Positions 30,964 through 41,306 of a stretch of DNA of 64,000 nucleotides are shown here, piece after piece (position 1 is the first letter of the stretch; every line of letters starts with the position of its first letter). The position numbers were made by a program, and so were the translations under genes. The notes under the pieces were generated by a model, which worked only from the letters and a program-made list of their open reading frames with translations, had not been told where the DNA came from and searched no databases. Source of the DNA: Treponemataceae bacterium (GTDB lineage Bacteria; Spirochaetota; Spirochaetia; Treponematales; Rectinemataceae); assembly GCA_963667725.2 (NCBI GenBank), contig CAXXHO010000005.1:448001-512000 (forward strand), in the 5' to 3' direction.

Positions 30964-31719
30964 TTAGAGCCTTTTTTTTATACCAAACAAACCTAAAGGA
31001 TCTTGTTCTAAAGCTTCCCTATATAATCCAATTATTTTATTAACTTCGAAAAACATACATTTTGATTTGCCAATATAAATTTCATTAATATATCCTTTTT
31101 TATATGCCAAATCTTGTATGGTATACCATGGTTGTGTTGTAGGTTTTCCAGTTTCAATACACCATTCATCTTCTAGATATTTTTTTAAAACCTCTTCTGA
31201 TGGTTTGAATATTTCAACTATTTGACTAGGTAAATTATTTTCTACATAATGCATGCTTGTTAATTTATAAATATCTACACCTAGGAGAAGAGCAAAACCA
31301 TTTTTTGAATGAAGATTACATAAATTATGTGAATTTAACTCTGCTTCATTACCCCAGGCAGCAACTCTATGTAATCCTTTTCCAACAATTACTTCTAGAT
31401 CATTTTTAAAAGTATCAGCAATAATTCCCATTCCTGTACGCTCTTTGGAATCTTCTTTTAATATTTTTAGTTTAGTGACTAATCCATAATTAATATCTTC
31501 GTTGGTTAATTGCATATTTCCAGAGATTGGAAATGCTGGCATTATTATTGCACCTGCCTTTGTAATAATATTTTTTAATGCATTTATTATAGTTACAGCA
31601 CCATTTTGAACATGGCCAAAACTGGATAATGAACTATGAACTTCAACATACATACCTTTTTTTAATCCAATTTTAAGTAATCCATTTTGAATATCATCTA
31701 AAGTCAAATTATTTTCCAA
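30964..31719 (-). CDS. AAC(3)-family N-acetyltransferase-like protein
   Basis: VHSSLSSFGHVQNGA, GAIIMPAF, GMGIIADTF, LLLGV...TSMHYVE. Confidence 0.8.
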   Translation of the reverse strand: MENNLTLDDIQNGLLKIGLKKGMYVEVHSSLSSFGHVQNGAVTIINALKNIITKAGAIIMPAFPISGNMQLTNEDINYGLVTKLKILKEDSKERTGMGIIADTFKNDLEVIVGKGLHRVAAWGNEAELNSHNLCNLHSKNGFALLLGVDIYKLTSMHYVENNLPSQIVEIFKPSEEVLKKYLEDEWCIETGKPTTQPWYTIQDLAYKKGYINEIYIGKSKCMFFEVNKIIGLYREALEQDPLGLFGIKKRL

Positions 31720-31892
31720 TTCTTATTCCTCTGGCGCCGAAGGCGTCGCTCTAACATTTTCGCTTAACCTTTAAGCCCGACCTGAGCGTAGCGAAGGTTT
31801 GGCGCGATTCTTGCACCACTTTACATTGCCGCTCCTACTCTACGGATTCTCGCAAGAAGCGTGCCAAAGGGCTTATAAGGTTGAAGCGTGTG

Positions 31893-32642
31893 TTAGATGC
31901 TCCCATCTTCAAAATAAAGTATTCCTTCATCAAATATATCTTTTTGCTTTTCAATGATCCCATTACCATTTATAACAAATGCACCACCATAATAATTTTC
32001 AATAGCATCTATATAATTTGATAGTATTACTCTTGTACCTAATTTCTTTACTTGCTCTATATAATAATCTCTTTCTTCTTTATCCCAAATCTCTTGTGAA
32101 TAAGGTAGTATCTCACTACTTCGAGCTATAGGTACTATTACTATATCAACTTTTGTTTCTTTAACGTCTTTAACAAGGTCTTCTTCAAACAGATCTCCAC
32201 AAAGTAAGTAGCTATACTTTTTTGAACCTACAGAAAACTCTACTATTTTTTTGCCTTTACTATAAATATTTTTATCGGCATTTCTACCATGCCACCCATT
32301 ACTTATCCTACGATAATGAGCGTTAATGTTTCCTGTGGTATTAATACATAGTACCGAATCATAGATTTTATTTTGATCTCGTTCAAGAAATCCTAAAGAT
32401 ACGTAGACTCTACATTTACAAGCTATTTCTTTAATACTATTGATATATGAAGAATCTATTGAAACTGCATATTTGTAATCGTGTTCAGGATTATCATCAG
32501 ATATAAATCCAGTTAAGCTTGTTTCTGGGAATATAATGAACTTGGCATTATTTGCAGCAGCTTCTTCTATGTACTGCTTAATAGTTTCAATACTATGAGA
32601 AATACAAGTATCAATTCTTGGAACAACGATTGCATATTTCAT
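31893..32642 (-). CDS. Carbon-nitrogen hydrolase (nitrilase superfamily)
   Basis: IIFPETSLTGF, YRRI, LLCGDLF. Confidence 0.8.
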   Translation of the reverse strand: MKYAIVVPRIDTCISHSIETIKQYIEEAAANNAKFIIFPETSLTGFISDDNPEHDYKYAVSIDSSYINSIKEIACKCRVYVSLGFLERDQNKIYDSVLCINTTGNINAHYRRISNGWHGRNADKNIYSKGKKIVEFSVGSKKYSYLLCGDLFEEDLVKDVKETKVDIVIVPIARSSEILPYSQEIWDKEERDYYIEQVKKLGTRVILSNYIDAIENYYGGAFVINGNGIIEKQKDIFDEGILYFEDGSI

Positions 32643-32805
32643 ACAAACATCCGTAGGATGCATCTAACATTTTCGCTTAACCTTTAAGCCCGACCTGAGC
32701 GTAAGCGAAGGCTTGGCGCGATTCTTGCACCACTTTACGTTGCCGCTCCTACTTTACTGAATCTCGCAAGAAGCGTGCCAAAGGGCTTATAAGGTTGAAG
32801 CGGGT

Positions 32806-33034
32806 GTTAGAAAGCGTTCATGTTCCTTAATACTTTTACCTGTGCAGCTTAACACTGTTAGAAAATACGCTGCATTTCAGAGAAATACCGAGATGAAATT
32901 GTCAACGTTTACTTTAGGTAAATGCTGCAATGAATCTCGGCAATAAAAGATGCAGCGTATTTTCTAACATGAAATCTTACATTCTTTTCTTACATTTACC
33001 CTTTCTTTTTCTTCGAGCCATACGTCTTTCTAAC
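32806..33034. other. ORF-less hairpin cassette, copy 3 of 6
   Basis: Near-identical to 22300..22528. Confidence 0.88.
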
Positions 33035-33147
33035 ATTTTCGCTTAACCTTTAAATCCGTCCTGAGCGTAGCGAAGGATTGGCGCGCATTTTGCATTGTTG
33101 TTCCTGCAAAATGCGTGTCAACAGGATTTATAAGGTTGAAGCGGGTG

Positions 33148-33648
33148 TTAGGCTCCTCTTTTTTCGTATTCTTCTCTTCTTATCTCTATTACAATTTCTT
33201 CTTTATCTCTGCTTATTTCTTTAAATCCATAATTCTGTAATGCCCTATATCCATTTTGATTCTTTATATCTATTCTATCTTCCATTATTTCCCCATTAAA
33301 TTCATTGAAGTAATAATGAAGTAGTAAATCTAATGCTTGTCTACCAAATCCATGATTCCTATAATTGCTTTTTATCTTTACATTGAGTCTCGCTTTCTTT
33401 TCTTCTTTATCATAATTATGAAAGCTTATCTCTCCAATACACTGATGAGTATCTTCATGCAATATCAAAAAGTACTTATTTATATCTTTATCAAGTACAA
33501 GCATTTTTTGATACCATTGAGTATATCTTTCCTCTGACAATGGTTGTATGCCTCCTACATCTTCCATTGTCTCGGGATCTTCCCATATTCCTTTTACGAG
33601 TTGCCAATCACCTTTGGTCGGTGCAACTAGTTTTATTACGCTGCCCAT
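33148..33648 (-). CDS. GNAT N-acetyltransferase
   Basis: IGEISF, YRNHGFGRQAL, ALQNYGF. Confidence 0.8.
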   Translation of the reverse strand: MGSVIKLVAPTKGDWQLVKGIWEDPETMEDVGGIQPLSEERYTQWYQKMLVLDKDINKYFLILHEDTHQCIGEISFHNYDKEEKKARLNVKIKSNYRNHGFGRQALDLLLHYYFNEFNGEIMEDRIDIKNQNGYRALQNYGFKEISRDKEEIVIEIRREEYEKRGA

Positions 33649-33844
33649 AAATGATTTTCTCTATTGTCTAGTGAGCCTAACATTGGCTTAACCTTTAACG
33701 CTCGTTCCCGAGCGAAGCGAGGGATTGGCGTGGTTTGTGCATTGTTGTTCCTGCACAAACCATGACAAAGAACGTTATAAGGTTGAAGCATATGTTAGAA
33801 GCTTTTTTAGGTAACTTTTGTCAATATGAATATTATAATTGATT

Positions 33845-34630
33845 CTACACTTTCTTTCCAATATAAAACACATACCCATAGTATTCTTTATATTTACTAT
33901 ATAATTCAGCTCCTCGCTTTTCATATTCAACAAATACTTCAGCGGATTTATTACCCTTATACTTTCTTAAAAATATTCCAGCTGCTTTTTTTTCAGCATT
34001 GAAAAAGTTATCAATCCAACAAGATTCAGGCAGACTAAAGGATGCTGTAAATATAAATCCTGCTTTTTGCATTTTAGCTATATTATTTGGAATTGTATCT
34101 ATTTCAGGATATGCGTCATTCCAAAAATCTTCGATCTCTTTTGGCCGCTCGTCTGTGAACCAAGAGGCTTCAGTAACAGCAATATAGCCTCCTTTCTTTA
34201 AGTAATTAATAAAATATTTCATTCCATTTTTAAATCCAATATTGTAAATAGCTCCTTCACACCAGATAAGATCTAATCCACCAATTTTGAAATCAAGTTT
34301 ATCCATTGATCCAATTTCGCCCTTTACTTTATCTTGAAGTTTTAATCGATCAATATTGCTATTTAGTTTCTCAATAAAACCGGAGAATAAATCAATAGCA
34401 GTAATTGTACCCGGGATGTTTTGTGCCAAGACAATTGTCTGACAACCAGTACCACATCCAAGATCGGCTACTTTTAAGGTACTGTTTAAATTATCTATAA
34501 AGCTTAGTGCTTTTAATGTAGCATCATTGCTTCCCGGCCCTTGACGTTCCATGCTTAAGAAAAATTCGCAAATCAATGAAACATCGAAATCATGAATATT
34601 AGGCTCTTCATTTCTCATTTCTTCCTCCAA
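33845..34630 (-). CDS. Class I SAM-dependent methyltransferase
   Basis: RQGPGS, VADLGCGTG, DLIWCEGAIY. Confidence 0.9.
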   Translation of the reverse strand: MEEEMRNEEPNIHDFDVSLICEFFLSMERQGPGSNDATLKALSFIDNLNSTLKVADLGCGTGCQTIVLAQNIPGTITAIDLFSGFIEKLNSNIDRLKLQDKVKGEIGSMDKLDFKIGGLDLIWCEGAIYNIGFKNGMKYFINYLKKGGYIAVTEASWFTDERPKEIEDFWNDAYPEIDTIPNNIAKMQKAGFIFTASFSLPESCWIDNFFNAEKKAAGIFLRKYKGNKSAEVFVEYEKRGAELYSKYKEYYGYVFYIGKKV

Positions 34631-34879
34631 TGCTTCTGCATTATCATGATATTTTTATTTCACACACTATTCTTTTTAGTTATATTAGTTATTTACACAA
34701 ATGATATATTACTATTTTATCTAGCGCCGAAGGCGTCCTTCTAACATTAGCTTGACCCTTAACGCTCGCTCCTGAGCGTAGCGAAGGATTGGCGTGGTTT
34801 GTGCATTGTTGTTCTGCACAAACCATGACAAAGGGCGTTATAGGGTCGAAGCAGGTGTTAGGCATTTTTTTCTTAAGGT

Positions 34880-35233
34880 TTATTCCTTTATTCTATAATA
34901 TTTAGCGAGTTCTTTGTATTTATTATAATCATAATTACTTTTAATTCTTGCTTTTTCTTTAATATATTCTATATTACTTTTTAACTTTTCTGGAATTTCT
35001 ACTGTTTCACTCTTTCTTGCTAATACTAATATTACTTCAACTATTTCGGTCCAGCTATCTATATTCTTTCCATCAAGTAATATTGGAACAATTTGATTAA
35101 TTGTATCAAAAGCAATAATTGGTTCTAAACACTTAATATATTTTTCACAAAATCCAGAAAACGCCCATTCATTCTTAGAGTACATTTTTCGAATGGATAA
35201 CAATTCTTCTATAAACTGATTCTTATTATTCAT
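34880..35233 (-). CDS. Hypothetical protein
   Basis: Only ORF in the cassette, AGGA RBS. Confidence 0.65.
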   Translation of the reverse strand: MNNKNQFIEELLSIRKMYSKNEWAFSGFCEKYIKCLEPIIAFDTINQIVPILLDGKNIDSWTEIVEVILVLARKSETVEIPEKLKSNIEYIKEKARIKSNYDYNKYKELAKYYRIKE

Positions 35234-35620
35234 TTTACATCCTATATTAAATTGATTATACTAAATTATTCAAATTACTAAATATAATTACGCTATAGGA
35301 ACAATCTTCTCTTGCACCATCTAACAAGCTAAATTTCAATATTGATAAACAAATAAGTCAATTTTACATAATAGTTTTCAAAATAGTTCCTCGGCCCGAA
35401 GGGTCTGCCTAACATTTTCGCTTAACCTTTAAGCCCGACCTGAGCGTAGCGAAGGATTGGCGCGATTCTTGCAACACTTTACATTGCCGCTCCTACTTTA
35501 CTGAATCTCGCAAGAAGCGTGCCAAAGGGCTTATAAGGTTGAAGCGGATGTTCGATGTCTTCTCTTTTTATTCTTCTAAAATAATTTGAAGCCCTTATAT
35601 TATTTGTCTTTTCCATTTGT

Positions 35621-36043
35621 CTACATACTTCTTTTTGATATTGGATGCTCTTCATTTAATTGAAGTAGATCCCATAGGTTTCCATAGAGATCTTCAAATA
35701 CTGCTACCATTCCATACTCAGCCTTTTTAGGCTCCCTAATGAATTTGATTCCATTTTCCTTCATAGCATTATAATCTCTCCAAAAATCATCTGTATTAAG
35801 AAATAAAAATACTCTGCCGCCGGTTTGATTTCCAATAAATGGTTCTTGCTCTGGCTTTGAAGCTTTAGCAAGTAAAAGCGTAGCTCCAGAACCTCCAGGA
35901 GGAGCAACTACAACCCATCGTTTATTTTGTTCAGGCTGATACGTGTCTTCAATAAGCACAAATTTTAGTTTCTTTATATAAAAATCAAGAACCTCATCAT
36001 AATCCTTTACAACAAGTGCTATATGTACAATTGATTGTTTCAT
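35621..36043 (-). CDS. VOC/glyoxalase-family protein
   Basis: HIALVVKDYDE, RWVVVAPPG, YGMVAVFEDLYGNLWDL. Confidence 0.9.
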   Translation of the reverse strand: MKQSIVHIALVVKDYDEVLDFYIKKLKFVLIEDTYQPEQNKRWVVVAPPGGSGATLLLAKASKPEQEPFIGNQTGGRVFLFLNTDDFWRDYNAMKENGIKFIREPKKAEYGMVAVFEDLYGNLWDLLQLNEEHPISKRSM

Positions 36044-36272
36044 ATTCCACCAATGTTACTAGTTTATATGAATATCTTCTACGAATAGAACGTATGCTTT
36101 TTTAAGATTCTTGCGCCGAAGGCGTCCATCGAACATTGGCGCTTAACCTTTAAGCCCGACCTGAGCGTAAGCGAAGGTTTGGCGCGATTCTTGCAACACT
36201 TTAAGTTGCCGCTCCTACTTTACGGGATCTCGCAAGAATCGTGACAACAGGGCTTATAAGGTTGAAGCGTGT

Positions 36273-36501
36273 GTTAGAAAGCGTTCATGTTCCTTAATAC
36301 TTTTACCTGTGCAGCTTAACACTGTTAGAAAATACGCTGCATTTCAGAGAAATACCGAGATGAAGTTGTCAACATTTACTTTAGGTAAATGCTGCAATGA
36401 ATCTCGGCAATAAAAAATGCAGCGTATTTTCTAACATGAAATCTTACATTCTTTTCTTACATTTACCCTTTCTTTTTCTTCGAGCCATACGTCTTTCTAA
36501 C
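36273..36501. other. ORF-less hairpin cassette, copy 4 of 6
   Basis: Near-identical to 22300..22528. Confidence 0.88.
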
Positions 36502-36614
36502 ATTTTCGCTTAACCTTTAAATCCGTCCTGAGCGTAGCGAAGGATTGGCGCGCATTTTGCATTGTTGTTCCTGCAAAATGCGTGACAACAGGATTTATAA
36601 GGTTGAAGCGTGTG

Positions 36615-37178
36615 TTAGGTTTCTTTTTTTATTATATATATGCTCTTTATCTTCCCTGATCTCTCTTCATTCATCCAATATTTCATTCCTATCGCTTTTG
36701 CCACTGCTTTGGATGCTTCATTCTCTGGATTTATAATCGCTATAATCTTATCTAGTTTCTTTTCAGTAAAAGCATAATTAACTAATGCCTTTGATATTTC
36801 TTTACCATATCCTTTTCCCCATTTTGTTCTATCTATGTAATAATTCAGCTCTATATACCCTTTTCCCTTTATCTCTTTCGGAATAAATCCCGCATGTCCT
36901 ATTAATTCATGATTGCTTTTAAGCTCAATTGGCCATAGATCATATTCTTCCCTTTTTGGATCTTCTGCTACCTTCCTAAACTCTTCTATTAAAGACAATT
37001 TATCTCTTGGGCCTCCAGTATACCTTGTCATTTCGTCATCCATCCACAAGTATACTAAGAACTTAATGTCTGATTTTCTTTGATAACGCAGTATCAATCT
37101 ACTGGTTTTTAGTATCGTATCATCCATACTTTCTCCAACAAAATATCTCTGTGATTCAGCGATTTTACTTTTCTGCAC
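36615..37178 (-). CDS. GNAT N-acetyltransferase; paralog of 15400..15939 (true start probably MDDTILK)
   Basis: WGKGYGKE; high identity to the earlier copy. Confidence 0.85.
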   Translation of the reverse strand: MQKSKIAESQRYFVGESMDDTILKTSRLILRYQRKSDIKFLVYLWMDDEMTRYTGGPRDKLSLIEEFRKVAEDPKREEYDLWPIELKSNHELIGHAGFIPKEIKGKGYIELNYYIDRTKWGKGYGKEISKALVNYAFTEKKLDKIIAIINPENEASKAVAKAIGMKYWMNEERSGKIKSIYIIKKET

Positions 37179-37228
37179 GAAGCGCCAAACCTAACATTCG
37201 TACATATTATCTAATACACTTTTTGTTT

Positions 37229-37426
37229 TTAAATTGAAATGCATTTTTGCACGATGAATATTATTCCTCCGATAACAATTGCTTTAAAAAGTAATGAAGC
37301 AATTTTGTTATTCAAAATAGCATCCATATCTACTGTCCCATTTTTAATTAGGATATAAATAATTATCACTATAAGTATAGGCAAACCAACCAAACCAATA
37401 ATCAACTTTGTATTCATTTGTATCAC
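37229..37426 (-). CDS. Small two-TM hypothetical protein
   Basis: Two hydrophobic segments; first gene of an apparently fused cassette. Confidence 0.55.
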   Translation of the reverse strand: MIQMNTKLIIGLVGLPILIVIIIYILIKNGTVDMDAILNNKIASLLFKAIVIGGIIFIVQKCISI

Positions 37427-37566
37427 CGTTTTCTATTACGCCCGAAGGGTCAACCTAACGTTGGCTTAACCTTTAAAGCCTGGCCCGAGCGGCGTTGCGT
37501 AGTAACGATGCGAGGGATTGGCATGGTTTGTGCCTTGTTGTTCTGCACAAACCATGCCAAAAGGCT

Positions 37567-38217
37567 TTACAAGGTTGAAGCATGTGTTAGGTGCTTATCT
37601 TTTCTTAATGTTTTTATAGATCTGGCTACCCCATATAATACTAAAATAACTCCAACTAATACATTCAACCATTGTATTGCTATAGAAGGTATACTTGTCT
37701 TAATTATTGATAATAAAAGCATAACAATTGAAAGAAATAAAAATGTTGCTCCACCAGCACCTATACCAAATAATATGAGTTGTTTCTTTAAATAATTCTT
37801 TTCTATTGCTTTAGTAACAAATATGCTGCTCCAAAATACAATTGTCAAAGGACTTGATATTGTTAATATGAAGCAATTTATGAAACTTTTTATTGGACTC
37901 CATTCTATTGAACTATTTTTGATATTTGTACTTATATTATATAATCCATTTTTTAAGATTATAACTCCAAATATTATTAATACCATCGATCCAATAATAC
38001 CAAATATTTTTTTTACTTTTTCCTTCTCTAATAGTTTTCCAAGCCCAATAATCGATAATGCTATATACAAGTAATCTACAATTGTAACTGCAAGGATAGC
38101 AAATATGCTATTAATAAAATTGCTTTCAAAAGTAATACCTAATATATAAAAGAAAACAGGACCTACTGCTAATTGAAGAAACAATCCTGTCAGCAATCCA
38201 TTTAATAACGGCTCCAT
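37567..38217 (-). CDS. LysE-family transporter (start reassigned to MEPLLNG)
   Basis: LAVGPV, LTISSPLTIVFW, multiple TMs. Confidence 0.82.
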   Translation of the reverse strand: MEPLLNGLLTGLFLQLAVGPVFFYILGITFESNFINSIFAILAVTIVDYLYIALSIIGLGKLLEKEKVKKIFGIIGSMVLIIFGVIILKNGLYNISTNIKNSSIEWSPIKSFINCFILTISSPLTIVFWSSIFVTKAIEKNYLKKQLILFGIGAGGATFLFLSIVMLLLSIIKTSIPSIAIQWLNVLVGVILVLYGVARSIKTLRKDKHLTHASTL

Positions 38218-38356
38218 TATTATCCTCATTGAACTATTGAAAGCGCGATAGCGTCCACCTAACATTTTCGCTTAACCTTTAAATCCGTCCTGAGCGTAGC
38301 GAAGGATTGGCGCGCATTTTGCATTGTTGTTCCTGCAAAATGCGTGACAACAGGAT

Positions 38357-38800
38357 TTATAAGGTTGAAGCAGGTGTTAGGTTATTTTTTCTCCCTAAAA
38401 ATAGGTGACTTGCATTTCCACATACTAAACATTTTTCCCTATGCATACAGAGCAGTTTCCCACATTCACTACATTCCCATTTTAACTCTTCTTGCCTTAA
38501 AAACAGTTGCATCCCTTGCTCTTTGATTGTTTTAAAGTTTTCATAAATGCTTACATTGTATTTATTTGAGTATCTTTTATTTAAATCTTTGATCCTTCTA
38601 CATGGATACTTCATACATTCACTACATAAAAGAGTAGTTTCTCCGTGTTTCTCTTCGCAATTTCTTATTCCACAGACAACACAATGTTTTGCTTTATTTA
38701 TATCTGATCCATTACATCCATTGCAGCTATTCTTTTCTCTTTGAAAAGCCAAGCAAAGGCTGCAATTTATGCCACAAGGAGCTATATCTTTTGCTTTCAT
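38357..38800 (-). CDS. DUF3795-like Cys-rich protein
   Basis: IAPCGINCSLC, CNGC, CSECMKYPC. Confidence 0.8.
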   Translation of the reverse strand: MKAKDIAPCGINCSLCLAFQREKNSCNGCNGSDINKAKHCVVCGIRNCEEKHGETTLLCSECMKYPCRRIKDLNKRYSNKYNVSIYENFKTIKEQGMQLFLRQEELKWECSECGKLLCMHREKCLVCGNASHLFLGRKNNLTPASTL

Positions 38801-38994
38801 ATTCTTACGAGTAACGCCCTTGCTTTTTCGTAATCTTCTTCACTCACCATTATTGTTGCGTCTATACTAAAATATGCTGGTATTTGACTACCACTATCCG
38901 ATGATTGAATAATGTAAGGAATATTTTCTCTATCAAGAGTTATAGCAAAAGCATCAGCCTCAAATCGATTGTTGAATTCTTTCAGCTTTTTCAA
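38797..38994 (-). CDS. DUF2007-like small protein; paralog of 47627..47821
   Basis: FEADAFAITLDRENIP...IMVSEEDYEKARALL. Confidence 0.7.
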   Translation of the reverse strand: MKKLKEFNNRFEADAFAITLDRENIPYIIQSSDSGSQIPAYFSIDATIMVSEEDYEKARALLVRI

Positions 38995-39186
38995 ATTTTC
39001 TTCCTTTATATGAAATGAATCTGATTCGTGCGCGTAGCGTCAACCTAACATTTTCGCTTAACCTTTAAGCCCGACCTGAGCGTAAGCGAAGGTTTGGCGC
39101 GATTCTTGCAACACTTTACGTTGCCGCTCCTACTTTACTGAATCTCGCAAGAAGCGTGCCAAAGGGCTTATAAGGTTGAAGCGGGT

Positions 39187-39413
39187 GTTAGAAAGCGTTC
39201 ATGTTCCTTAAAACTTATACCTGGGCAGCTTAACACTGTTAGAAAATGCGCTGCATTTCAGAGAAATACCGAGATGAGTTGTCAGCGTTTACTTTAGGTA
39301 AATGCTGCAATGAATCTCGGCAATAAAAGATGCAGCGTATTTTCTAACATGAAATCTTACATTCTTTTCTTACATTACCTTTTCTTTTTCTTCGAGCCAT
39401 ACGTCTTTCTAAC
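39187..39413. other. ORF-less hairpin cassette, copy 5 of 6 (appears identical to copy 2)
   Basis: Same diagnostic variants as 30625..30851. Confidence 0.88.
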
Positions 39414-39550
39414 ATTTTCGCTTAACCTTTAAGCCCGACCTGAGCGATAGCTCAGGTTTGGCGCGATTCTTGCACCACTTTACATTGCCGCTCCTACTTT
39501 ACTGAATCTCGCAAGAAGCGTGCCAAAGGGCTTATAAGGTTGAAGCGGGT

Positions 39551-39779
39551 GTTAGAAAGCGTTCATGTTCCTTAATACTTATACCTGTGCAGCTTAACAC
39601 TGTTAGAAAATACGCTGCATTTCAGAGAAATACCGAGATGAAATTGTCAGTGTTTACTTTAGGTAAATGCTGCAATAAATCTCGGCAATAAAAGATGCAG
39701 CGTATTTTCTAACATGAAATCTTACATTCTTTTCTTACATTTACTCTTTTATTTTCTTTGAGCCATACGTCTTTCTAAC
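39551..39779. other. ORF-less hairpin cassette, copy 6 of 6 (tandem with copy 5)
   Basis: Closest to copy 1. Confidence 0.88.
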
Positions 39780-39891
39780 ATTGGCTTAACCCTTAACGCC
39801 TGTTCCTGAGCGAAGCGAAGGATTGGCGTGGTTTTTGCGTGATCTTTTCGCAAAAACCATGACAAAAGGCGTTATAGGGTTGAAGCATTTG

Positions 39892-40425
39892 TTAGATTTC
39901 TGCTCTTTTATAATATATCTTTACCATATATTCATTTAGTTTCTCAACTTTCTCAATCTTGAAATGCTTCTCGATTCCTATGTTTCCGAATAATGGTATC
40001 CCTTCTCCAAGTATTTTTGCTATTGTTGTTATAATCATCTCATCTATAAGATCTTCTTTAAGGAAAGATTGAATGGTCTTCCCTCCATCAACATAAATAT
40101 TGTTTATTCCTTTATAGTTTAAATTCTTTATAATCGTCTTAATATCTCCTGATACAATTTCTGCTTTATCTTTTAATATTGCTGGAACTGTCTTCAAGCT
40201 ATTACTTAATACAAAAACAGGTTTCGGATATGACCACTCTGGAAAGCCTACTACTGTTTCGAATGTATTTCTTTCCATGATGATTCCATCTATGTTTTCA
40301 ATATATTTTGAAAAACCATAATCATCATTCTTTGGATTGGGAATATTAATAAGCCAATCTATATCTCCATCAAGTTTTGCGATGAAGCCATCAAGAGAAC
40401 AAGCAATGTAAATATAATTTGGCAT
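39892..40425 (-). CDS. Dihydrofolate reductase-family (RibD C-terminal-like) protein
   Basis: YIACSLDGFIA, IYVDGGKTIQSFL, LIDE, ILGEGIPLF. Confidence 0.85.
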   Translation of the reverse strand: MPNYIYIACSLDGFIAKLDGDIDWLINIPNPKNDDYGFSKYIENIDGIIMERNTFETVVGFPEWSYPKPVFVLSNSLKTVPAILKDKAEIVSGDIKTIIKNLNYKGINNIYVDGGKTIQSFLKEDLIDEMIITTIAKILGEGIPLFGNIGIEKHFKIEKVEKLNEYMVKIYYKRAEI

Positions 40426-40726
40426 ATTTTCTCTTTTAATTTGCTCGAAGGATCAATCTAACATTAACACTAAAAAGTTTAGGATGTATCTTTTTGCGCC
40501 GAAGGCGTCAATCTAACATTGGCTTAACCCTTAACGCCTGTTCCTGAGCGAAGCGAAGGATTGGCGTGGTTTTTGCGTCATCTTCTAGCAAAAACCATGA
40601 CAAAAGGCGTTATAGGGTTGAAGCATTTGTTAGGCACTTTTTCTTTCTATAATATTAGTACTTCCATAATTCTATTTACACTTTATTTCTTTATAATATT
40701 ACTTTATCTTCTATCTGCTTACTATT

Positions 40727-41122
40727 TCAATCTATTTTTGAACTTTTACTGTAGGAGAGTATCTCGCTTATTAAATCATTCTTCTCTTTAATAATATCTA
40801 TTCCACGTATAGTCTCTTCTGAATTATTCTCATTTACCCATATACATTCCCATCGAATAATACATCGATGACCAAAGCCCAATAATTCTTCTGTTTTAAA
40901 CCTTACTTCTCTTCTTTCTTCAAATAGATTTTCATAGTATTTTCTAATTTGATCTTTCCCAATATAAATCAATCCATAAGGAATAGGAGATGTACTTTCC
41001 AGAGTACAATCATCACTTAATAATCCTATGATATCTTCTACTTTATGATTATTAATGCCATTGTATAATTCTACAACAAGGCGAATACCAGATTCTATTT
41101 GATGCATTTTGATTGGACTCAT
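40727..41122 (-). CDS. SnoaL/NTF2-like protein
   Basis: GLLSDDC, GKDQIRKYY, RGIDII. Confidence 0.75.
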   Translation of the reverse strand: MSPIKMHQIESGIRLVVELYNGINNHKVEDIIGLLSDDCTLESTSPIPYGLIYIGKDQIRKYYENLFEERREVRFKTEELLGFGHRCIIRWECIWVNENNSEETIRGIDIIKEKNDLISEILSYSKSSKID

Positions 41123-41306
41123 ACAATTTGCTCTTTAATGCTAGCAAGAATAATCTTTAATCCTCGGCGCGAAGCGTCTGCCTAACATTTTCGCTTAACC
41201 CTTAACGCCCGCTCCTGAGCGAAGCGAAGGATTGGCGTGGTTTGTGCATGGGAGTCCTGCACAAACCATGACAAAGGGCGTTATAGGGTTGAAGCGGGTG
41301 TTAGGT

